Part shown: positions 20,427-28,307 of the stretch, in pieces
Layout: each line of letters opens with the position of its first letter
Numbering within the stretch: position 1 is the first letter of the stretch
Assembly: GCA_963754255.1 (NCBI GenBank)
Contig: CAVWEW010000005.1
Coordinates: forward strand, 77,020 to 141,019
Length of the DNA stretch: 64,000 nucleotides
DNA from: an uncultured Actinomycetota bacterium
Lineage (GTDB): Bacteria > Actinomycetota > Acidimicrobiia > Acidimicrobiales > Bog-793
Direction: 5' to 3'
Notes under the pieces: generated by a model
Told to the model about the DNA's origin: nothing
The model's database searches: none
The model's input: the letters and a program-made list of their open reading frames with translations, nothing else
Program-made: the position numbers and the translations under genes

Positions 20427-21271
20427 TCAGGTGCTGTGGTCCCAGGTGACGCTGAAGCTGGTGCCGGCGGAGTTGAGGGCGCTCGGTGTGGCCTTTGTGT
20501 CGTGCGCCCCAACCATGGTGATCTCGTCATCGGGGAAGCTGGAGATGCTGCCCGACTTGCTCGTGGTTGCCACGGCGTCTCCGGAGGCTGTCCACTTGCT
20601 GAAGTGAGCCAGCGGCAGCACCCCGCTGCTGTCGGATGGCGCTTCGGCGATCCACTCGGCCGATGTGTCCGGCACAGTTCGCCGGCGAGCACGTGAATGT
20701 CTTGCTGAAGCTGTTGGCGGTGTGGGTGGCGTCGGTGACCTGCACGGTATAGCTGGTCCCGCTCCGGATGACCGAGGCGGTGATCTTGTCCCCGGGCTTC
20801 ACGGAGGACCCGACCGGCTGGACAGAGTTGACCGGGTAGTGCTCCCACCAGGAGAAGTATTGCGCCGTGCCTCCACTGCACTGCGCCAGTGTGCCGCCCT
20901 GCTCCACGCTGTTGGACGAGTAGCCGTCGATGCCGACCCAGAATGCGGCAAGGGTCGTGGAGCTGCCGCACGTGACGGACGGCTCGGTCCAGCTGGAGCT
21001 GACCTTGCTGTAGACCGGTGCCGGTGTCGGCGTAGCCCGACCAGTTTCCGGACCTGACCTTCTTCAGCCCACGGATCTGCCCCGAGGCGGGACCGTGCTG
21101 GTGAACGGTGCCGGGAACTTTGAGGCCGCGCAGCGCGGAACGAGCTGCTGCCGCCTGACTGACCTTGCTGTGGTGGGTACCGGCGCTGGCGGCGCTGGCA
21201 CCGCCGAGCGTCAGGGCCGCTGCAGCCGCCACGACCGAGCCGCCGGCAAGAAGACCTCGCCGCAGATGCAT
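20427..21271 (-). CDS. Secreted G1-family glutamic endopeptidase (eqolisin/peptidase A4), frameshifts near 21015 and 20672
   Basis: Signal peptide and propeptide; SGNWSGYA, FWVGIDG, VEQGG (catalytic Gln), WWEHYP, SAEWIAE (catalytic Glu) spread over three frames. Confidence 0.88.
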
Positions 21272-21433
21272 ATGAACCTCGCCTTTGTCGAGAGACCTAC
21301 GGATCTCGTCCAACCTGCTGTCTTCGAGACCTTATGTGAGCCCCTGTTGACACCGCAAGGATCAGCCTCCCGTGGCATCTCGGTCCGCATCCGGTCGTTC
21401 CCTCGGTACCGCCGCGGTCCGCCTGTGCCCTCG

Positions 21434-21712
21434 TCAGCTGTCCTCAGCGGACTCTTCCCTGTACCGGAGGAAGAGCGCCACAATCTCATCTCGTGCCTCG
21501 AACGAGAGGTCCTCCGGCTCGACCCGCCCGAGGAGGCGAATGGTCTCCCGCATCTGGCGGAGGTATTCGTCGCAGCCGTCGCACTGCGCCAGGTGTCGCT
21601 CGAGTCGAGCCCTGTCCGGGCGCGAGAGCACGCCCTCGAGATAATCGGTCATGAGGGAGACGGCGTCGCGGCAGACGAGATCGTGCCGCCATGCTGTGAA
21701 CAGCCGCATCAT
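21434..21712 (-). CDS. Soluble zinc-finger (zf-HC2/ZAS) anti-sigma factor
   Basis: LVCRDAVSLMTDYLEG...HLAQCDGC (Hx3Cx2C); 4-nt overlap with the ECF sigma gene. Confidence 0.92.
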   Translation of the reverse strand: MMRLFTAWRHDLVCRDAVSLMTDYLEGVLSRPDRARLERHLAQCDGCDEYLRQMRETIRLLGRVEPEDLSFEARDEIVALFLRYREESAEDS

Positions 21713-22305
21713 CCCTCCTCCCTCATTGCCTTCTCGAGCGCCGCCCGGACCCGGGTGCGGGCACGGTGCAACAGGACGCGCTGGTTGCCTTCGGAGAGGT
21801 CGAGCATCTCGCGGACGTCCGCACTGGGCAGTCCTTCCACGTCACGCAGCGTTACCACCTGCCGTTGCAGGTCAGGCAGCTGAGCGATGGCGTCACGGAC
21901 GAGAGCGGCAATCGCCGGTGCCACGATGCGATCCTCGACGTCGTCGCTCCATGGTACGGGCGGCTCGGCCCAGGTGCCGTCGGCCGAGAACCGGTCACCG
22001 CCCAGATCGTCCCCGTCTCCGAGCTCGACTGTCCGGGGCTCTTTCGTCCCTGCCGTCTTGGCACGGTTGACGAGGATCCGGAAGATCCAGGTCTTGAGCG
22101 ACGACCTTCCCTCGAAACGACAGACTCCTCTGATGACCCCGATCCAGGCGTCCTGCACGGCCTCCTCGGCGACGGACCGGCTCGGAGTGAATGCCGAGGC
22201 CACACGGACCATCGAGGCGTGATAGCGCTCGACGAGCTCCGCAAAGGCGACCTCGTCGCCGGCGCACAGCCGCGTCACGAGCTCGCTCTCGTCTGGGCTC
22301 TGCAC
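21709..22305 (-). CDS. ECF sigma-70 factor
   Basis: AEEAVQDAW, FEGRSSLKTWIFRILVN, VVTLRDVEG, NQRVLLHRAR; TACGCT 7 nt before GTG. Confidence 0.95.
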   Translation of the reverse strand: MQSPDESELVTRLCAGDEVAFAELVERYHASMVRVASAFTPSRSVAEEAVQDAWIGVIRGVCRFEGRSSLKTWIFRILVNRAKTAGTKEPRTVELGDGDDLGGDRFSADGTWAEPPVPWSDDVEDRIVAPAIAALVRDAIAQLPDLQRQVVTLRDVEGLPSADVREMLDLSEGNQRVLLHRARTRVRAALEKAMREEG

Positions 22306-22327
22306 GGCCGCCAGCGTACGTTGATCG

Positions 22328-22354
22328 TGTAACGCCGGGGAGGCAGCCAGGACT
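22328..22354 (+). promoter_or_regulatory. Candidate ECF promoter TGTAAC-N17-GACT
   Basis: AAC-containing -35 element typical of ECF promoters, located between the sigma gene and the divergent secreted propeller gene. Confidence 0.45.
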
Positions 22355-22426
22355 GCGAGTTGGCGTCACGACACGGTGACGCCCGGCCGGCAGGCCGGCT
22401 CGATCATTCAAGGAGGATCATCCCCG

Positions 22427-23600
22427 ATGAGACCAACGATCCGCGCCTCGGCTGTGGCGCTCGGTGGCTCGGCGATCGTCGCCGGCCTTTCGCTGCTTGC
22501 CTTCCCGGGGCTTGCAGGAGCCCAGGTACGACTCCCGGCCGGCTCTACACGGGGCATCGCACGGGCCGTGTTCGTGCAGACGAACGCCACGACAGGCAAT
22601 CAGATACTTGCCTACTCACGGTCAGCGACCGGCACGCTCGCGTTCGTCCACGCCTACAGCACCGGGGGACGAGGAGCTCGCGCGGCTGGCGCCGTCGTCG
22701 ACCCGCTCGCTTCCCAAGGCTCGCTCTACTACGACCCCACGGGTGCATTGCTTATCGCAGTCAATGCCGGGAGCAATACGATCTCGACGTTCCGGGTCCA
22801 CGGTGACGTGCTCCGGAACCGGCAGGTCGTGAGTGCAGGCCACTTCCCCGTGAGCGTCACGTCCCACGGCCGGATCGTCTACGTGCTCGACGGCGGTGGC
22901 CGGGGCGCGGTCAGGGGCTACTCGGAAGGCCGAAAGGGCCTCAAGCCGATGGCGGGCTCCGAGCGCACTCTGGGCCTCGATCCCGACGCCACGCCGCGGT
23001 ATCTCAACACGCCTGGGCAGGTCGGCTTCACCCCTGACGGTGCTGGGCTCGTCGTCACCACGAAGGCAAACGGGAGTGACATCGACGTGTTCGGTGTTCG
23101 CCCGAGCGGCCGGCTGTCGAGGACCGCTGTGAAGACGGTCTCGGCCGAACCTGTCCCGTTCGGTTTCGTCTTCGACCCGCGTGGCCGCTTGGTAGTGACC
23201 GAGGCGGCCGTCGGTGATGTCTCCACCTACGCGATCCACCGCCAAAGGTCCGCCACCCACATCTCGACGGCACCGGACGGCCAGGCGGCACCTTGCTGGA
23301 TCGCGTCGGTGGGACGCTGGTACTACGTCGACAACGCCGGAAGCGGTGACGTCGAGCGCGTACCAGGTGAGTCGCAACGGGAAGGCCTCCCTCATCGCCT
23401 CCGACGGCGGGGTCGCAGCCACCACCGGTGCCGGCCCGACCGACCTGGCCGGCTCGTCGAATGGCAAGTTCGTCTATGTCGAGGCCGGTGGCGCCGGCGC
23501 CGTGGACGAGTTCGCCGTGAACCCCGGCGGCACTCTCAGCTCGCTCGGCTCGATCACCGGCCTGAGCGGGACGGGGATCGAAGGCATCGTCGCCTCATAA
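22427..23600 (+). CDS. Secreted lactonase-like 7-bladed beta-propeller, frameshift near 23358
   Basis: AAGGAGG RBS; signal peptide; VFVQTN, DPLASQGSL, AVNAGSNTIS, QVGFTPDG, QAAPCW; continues in ORF 23214..23600. Confidence 0.85.
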
Positions 23601-23609
23601 ACGGGCGTA

Positions 23610-24550
23610 CTACCTCCGGACGACGATCGTCCCGGCCGCCTTGTCGTGGAGCGTCTGGTTCATCGGAATCCCACAGGGGCCACAAGAGGTCGAGCAGGGG
23701 GCCGATGATGAGGATGATCCCGATCAGCACAGCCACGGCCGTCCGGGCGGCTGCTCTGCCGTAGCCGATGGGATAGGTGCAGGTGGCCGCATCGGCGACG
23801 CCAATGTTCATCACGCGCATCCCGACGGTCTGGGCGGACGTGCCGCCTATCAGCAGCGTGGCGTAAGCAAAGGCCCCGACGGCGTCCAAGCTGTAATCGC
23901 CGTAGCGCCCCAGTCCGGCAGCGACAGTGACAATCGCCACCGGGACGACGACTATCAACCAGTCGAGGATGTACGCCACGACTCGGGAGCCGTACCTGGC
24001 AAGGGACCCGGGGCCTTCGTTCCGGTATTGAGCCCCTCCGTAGCCCGCGGGGCCCGTCCATGAGTACGGAGGGGGTTGAGAAGGAGGCGCCCCATAGCCC
24101 TGGCCGTACGGCGGCACCCCGTACGGGGACTGGTCGTATCCGCCGGGCGCGGGATGCCGGGTGGGCGGGATAGCCGCCGGGCCGGGCGGGATAGCCGCCC
24201 GGTGGCGGGTGGGGTAGCCGCCTGGCGGGGGTGCCGGGTAGCCGCCCGGCGGGGGTGCCGGGTAGCCGCCCGGTGGGGGTGCCGGGTAGCCGCCCGGTGG
24301 GGGTGCCGGGTAGCCGCCCGGTGGGGGTGCCGGGTAGCCGCCCGGTGGGGGTGCCGGGTAGCCGCCCGGTGGGGGCCACGGATATCCGCTGACCGGAGGT
24401 GCTGACGAGTGGTCGGCGGCGGGAGGGTCAGTCTCGGGCGCCTTGGCTGGCAGTGGAGTCCCGACGGCCGGCCGGTCCGCTTCCTCGGGTCCTGGGCCGT
24501 CCGGATCTTCTGGCTGGTCTCCCCAACTCGAGGGCGGGATTCTGCGACAT
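23610..24550 (-). CDS. RDD-family membrane protein with Pro/Gly/Tyr-rich N-terminus (several frameshifts)
   Basis: AAGGAGG RBS and ATG 24550; LARYGSRVVAYILD, QTVGMRVMNI, LWPLWD, then NQTLHDKAAGTIVVRR-stop in another frame. Confidence 0.8.
24227..24370. repeat. 24-bp tandem repeat x6 (GGGGGTGCCGGGTAGCCGCCCGGY) encoding PPGGYPAP
   Basis: Six contiguous near-identical units with no spacers; degenerate copies extend to about 24165. Confidence 0.95.
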
Positions 24551-24733
24551 TGGGAGCCTCCTTGGCCGGCCTTACAGAAGCGGCCCGAGCCACCGTGGGC
24601 GGAAGTCTAAGAGGAAGGTCCTGCGTGGCGCGTCTCTGCGTAGGGCGTCGCTCCTGAGGAGCCTTCTCCGGAGCCGGCGCGACCATGGCATCATCGGCTC
24701 ACGAAAGACCGAACGCCGCCTGAGAAGGGCGAT

Positions 24734-25588
24734 GTGAGCCTCGAGTGGGGCGTGGCCGGAGCACTCGCGGCGCCGGAGGACGCAACGACGTTCGTAGTGG
24801 TGGACATCTTGTCCTTCAGCACCGCCGTGACGCTCGCGGTCGCCCGGGGCACCGAAGTGGTGCCGTGCGGTGACGGTCGCACGGCACGCCGGCTTGCCGG
24901 CGAAGTCTTCGGCACGGCCCTCGCAGTGAACAGGTTGTCTGTCGATCTGGCACATCCGTGGTCGCTTTCACCTGCCCACCTGAGCAGAGCTCCTTTCACG
25001 CCGCGCCTGGTGCTGGCGTCCCCGAACGGTGCCACCGTGGCGGCAGCCCTGGCCGCGGCTGGCAAGCTCGTAGTGGCCTGCTCTCTCCGGAACGTGACGG
25101 CGGTGGGAAGGTGGCTCCTCGGCCAGGGTCCCCGCCTCGACTCACCATTGGCGGAGCTGGAGCTTGAGGAGCCCTCCCCCGTCGCCGAAGGTACGCCTCC
25201 GCGTGCGCACCGGCGCCTCGTCGTCGTTGCGGCCGGAGAGCGGTGGCCGGACGGCAGCCTGAGGCCGGCTCTGGAGGATTGTCTGGGTGCTGCTCGGCTC
25301 CTCCAGGTCCTGAGGGACGGTTCACCGCCCGTGCGTCTGTCTCCTGCAGCCGCCCTGGCGGCTCGTTCCGTCAGCGGGATGTCGCCCCTCGAGATCGCCG
25401 GCCTCGTCCGCGGGAGCGTTTCCGCGGCGGAGCTGCAAAGCGCCGGTTACGAGGAGGACGTCGAGATGGCCGTCCGGACTGATGCGGACGCGGTTGTACC
25501 CGTGCTCCGCCCTGCCCGGCGAGGGGCGCCGGCGGCCGGGTTCCGCCCGGCCTCTCCGCCGGTGCCGGGCACAACCTCCGGCCTCTAG
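24734..25588 (+). CDS. 2-phosphosulfolactate phosphatase (ComB)-like protein
   Basis: LEWG, VVVDILSFSTAV, SLSP, LASPNG, AAGERWPDGSLRPALEDCLGA; exact start uncertain. Confidence 0.85.
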   Translation: MSLEWGVAGALAAPEDATTFVVVDILSFSTAVTLAVARGTEVVPCGDGRTARRLAGEVFGTALAVNRLSVDLAHPWSLSPAHLSRAPFTPRLVLASPNGATVAAALAAAGKLVVACSLRNVTAVGRWLLGQGPRLDSPLAELELEEPSPVAEGTPPRAHRRLVVVAAGERWPDGSLRPALEDCLGAARLLQVLRDGSPPVRLSPAAALAARSVSGMSPLEIAGLVRGSVSAAELQSAGYEEDVEMAVRTDADAVVPVLRPARRGAPAAGFRPASPPVPGTTSGL

Positions 25589-26460
25589 AAGCCGGGGAAC
25601 ACCTTCCTCAGCTCGTCGAGCTCCACAGGACCGGTCAACGAGGTGCTGTTCGGCGTGTGCTCGGCGTCAAGACGCCCGTAGACGAGCCGGATGAAGGCCT
25701 CCGCCGGGATCAGCAGCTCAGCGCCGAGGTCACCTCTGCCCCCGGGCGCGCTCTCGCCCGGCGCCGCTTCGAGCTCGTCGCCTTCGCCCCCATCAGAGCC
25801 GGTGCTCGTCTCCACGCTGCCGGGCGTGGTGAGCTCGACATTCTCGCCGAGCTCGAGCGACAGCTGCCCGTAGGGGTCGGTGAGCTGAACGCTCATGCGC
25901 ACCGGGCGGCCGTTCCACCGGTCGGGCTTGCCGGCGATGCGGACGACCCACGGCAACCAGCTCAGCAGCAGCTCGGAGGCCTCCTGAGGAAGAATGGCGT
26001 GCGGCTCGAGGACGACCTGGACGTCCCAGGAATGCAACACGTGCTCGCCGAGGCGCAGCCCGACCGCCTCTGCAGCCGACAGCTTCCACGGCCCGAGCTC
26101 GGCCTCGAAGCGCTCGACCGCCTCTGCCCCGAGCGACTCCAACCGGTTCAGGAGACGCTCGTCGGCGACCTGATAGTCGGCAGCCTGCTGCTGGGGTTCC
26201 TTGCCGTTCCACTGCGCCCATATCTCCTCGCGCGCCTCGTTCGGTGTGGGAGGACCGCCGAGGGCGGCGTCGATCATCAGCATCATGATCTCGCCACCGC
26301 TGCCGAGGTGGGAAAGCACCTGGGCGATGCTCCACTGGTCGCAGTAGGACCGCCGGACGAGGCTCTCGGCGTCGAGCCGCCGGACGACGGGGTCGAGGCG
26401 CTCATGCGAGGCCCGGAGGGCTTTCACCCAATGCTCGTAGTCGCGATCGGCGAGGCTCAT
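25585..26460 (-). CDS. Mycothiol-dependent maleylpyruvate isomerase family protein (MDMPI/DinB fold)
   Basis: SYCDQWSIAQVLSHLGSG, RLGEHVLHSWD, LVYGRL. Confidence 0.88.
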   Translation of the reverse strand: MSLADRDYEHWVKALRASHERLDPVVRRLDAESLVRRSYCDQWSIAQVLSHLGSGGEIMMLMIDAALGGPPTPNEAREEIWAQWNGKEPQQQAADYQVADERLLNRLESLGAEAVERFEAELGPWKLSAAEAVGLRLGEHVLHSWDVQVVLEPHAILPQEASELLLSWLPWVVRIAGKPDRWNGRPVRMSVQLTDPYGQLSLELGENVELTTPGSVETSTGSDGGEGDELEAAPGESAPGGRGDLGAELLIPAEAFIRLVYGRLDAEHTPNSTSLTGPVELDELRKVFPGF

Positions 26461-26516
26461 GATCGACGGTCTATCGCTGGGCGCCCGGGCTGCCGCTCCC
26501 GGCTCCTAGGGCCGGA

Positions 26517-27611
26517 TCATCTGAGCCCGTCGAGGCGGAGAAGCAGCCATTCGAGGAGGAGGGTCTCGTTGGGATTCCTCGTCAGGCGTTCCGCAGCCTC
26601 GTTGACGAGCTCGACTGCCCGCAGCGGAACCGAGATCGCCGAAGGAGCTGGGCCTTTCGGTCCGGAGGCGCCGGTGTCGTCGAGGCGGAGCCGGTAGGCG
26701 GCCGCCAGCGTGGCCAGGCCCGCCCTCAGATCGTCGGTCCGTACGCGGCGCTCCTCCCTTCGGTGGCGCGCCGTGATGGCTGCCTGTCCCGGAATTTCGC
26801 GCTCGCCGGCTTGCTTGGCCAGATCGGCCAGGTGAGCCAGCTCGCCGGCGTGAACCCTCTTCACGACCTCCGCCGGCTCCGCGGCCGCTTCGACCAGCTC
26901 GTCGGCGAGGCGGGCGGCCGTGGCCCCTGTCCCGTCGAGGCGGGCCGGAACCTGCCTCCACCGCTCCATTCGCACCGAGAAACCCTCATCTCTCGCCAAC
27001 AGCCTCGCCCTGTCGAGCCGCCCCCGCGCCACCTGGGCGACGGCCTCGGCGGCCGGTAGATCCACCTCCTCGCGCGACAGCACAGTCACGATGTCGCTCT
27101 CGCGGAGGGGATCGAACTCGACGGTGAGGCACCGGCTCGCGATGGTGACGAGCTCCGCCGGCACGTAGTCGGCGAGCACGATTATGACTGTCGTGTCCGG
27201 AGGCTCCTCGATCGTCTTCAGCAGCGCCGGACCGGCCTTCTCCACGAGGTGGAGGTCAACCAGCACGAGGACCTGGTACCTCGCCGCCCGCGGCGAGCGG
27301 AGGGAGAGCCGAGTCACGTCCCGTGCCTGGTCGACGGAGATCCACTGGCCCGACCGCTCGACGACCACGACGTCTGGATGGCGTTCTGCGAGCGCCTCTC
27401 GGCAGGCGACGCACTGCCCGCACCCACCGTTCGGGCAGCAGAGCGCCGCCGCAAAGGCGATCGCCGCTTCCCGCTTTCCGCTCCCCGGCGGGCCGACGAA
27501 CAGATAGGCGTGCACCGGGGCGGCCACGGATGCCCGCAGGATGCGCGTCGCCCTGGGCTGTCCGACGATGCGGTCGAGCACCGGTGCGTTCGGAAGCGGG
27601 TCGGCGCTCAT
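26517..27611 (-). CDS. holB: DNA polymerase III subunit delta-prime
   Basis: VHAYLFVGPPGSGK, CPNGGCGQCVAC, HPDV, LLKTIEEPP, TIASRC; follows tmk with ATGA overlap. Confidence 0.93.
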   Translation of the reverse strand: MSADPLPNAPVLDRIVGQPRATRILRASVAAPVHAYLFVGPPGSGKREAAIAFAAALCCPNGGCGQCVACREALAERHPDVVVVERSGQWISVDQARDVTRLSLRSPRAARYQVLVLVDLHLVEKAGPALLKTIEEPPDTTVIIVLADYVPAELVTIASRCLTVEFDPLRESDIVTVLSREEVDLPAAEAVAQVARGRLDRARLLARDEGFSVRMERWRQVPARLDGTGATAARLADELVEAAAEPAEVVKRVHAGELAHLADLAKQAGEREIPGQAAITARHRREERRVRTDDLRAGLATLAAAYRLRLDDTGASGPKGPAPSAISVPLRAVELVNEAAERLTRNPNETLLLEWLLLRLDGLR

Positions 27612-28261
27612 GACCACCGGTCGCTGAGACGCTCGCGGACCGTCGTCAGGACTCTCGTCGCCACCTCTTCAGGCTCTCCGGTCCCCTCTATCACGACCCA
27701 GGTGGCCGGGTCGGCCGCGGCCAGCTCCAGGTATCCCTGCCTGACCTTGATATGGAACCGGTCATCCTCGGACTCGATGCGATCTTGCGGGGCGCCCGCC
27801 CGCCGGGCGCCGCTCTCCTCGAGTGGGACGTCGAGCAGGATGGTGAGGTCGGGCCAGAGACCAGCGGTGGCGAGGTCGCAGGCGACCCGGAGCGGCTCCA
27901 ATGGAAGCCCGCGGCCGTACCCCTGGTAGGCCAGGGTCGACCCCGAGTACCGGTCGACGACCACGTCGAGGCCGTTGTCGATCCAGGGGCGCAGCCTCTC
28001 GGCCACGTGCTGTGCCCTGGCGGCAAGCATCATCATCAGCTCGGCACGGGCGTCCATCGAGCCGATGGCCGGATCGAGGAGCAATCCGCGCACCCGCTCC
28101 CCGAAGGAGCTCCCTCCCGGCTCCCGGCTCACCTCGGCCCCGAGCGAGGACGCCAGGAGCGCTGCTTGCGTGGACTTGCCGACAGCCTCTCCGCCTTCTA
28201 TGGCGATGAGCAGACCTCTCCCCGCTCGGACCCGGTGACTGCGTGGCGGAGTCTCCTTCAT
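27608..28261 (-). CDS. tmk: Thymidylate kinase
   Basis: IEGGEAVGKSTQ, REPGG, DRYSGSTLAYQGYGRG, PDLTILLD. Confidence 0.96.
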   Translation of the reverse strand: MKETPPRSHRVRAGRGLLIAIEGGEAVGKSTQAALLASSLGAEVSREPGGSSFGERVRGLLLDPAIGSMDARAELMMMLAARAQHVAERLRPWIDNGLDVVVDRYSGSTLAYQGYGRGLPLEPLRVACDLATAGLWPDLTILLDVPLEESGARRAGAPQDRIESEDDRFHIKVRQGYLELAAADPATWVVIEGTGEPEEVATRVLTTVRERLSDRWS

Positions 28262-28307
28262 CGACCGCCGACGCTAGCCAACCGGTGGTGGGCCGCTCAC
28301 CGCCGCA

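Noticed and set aside
24165-24375. Possible CRISPR array
   Set aside because: Repeats are contiguous with no spacers, the 24-bp period is a multiple of three within a coding region, and there are no cas genes.
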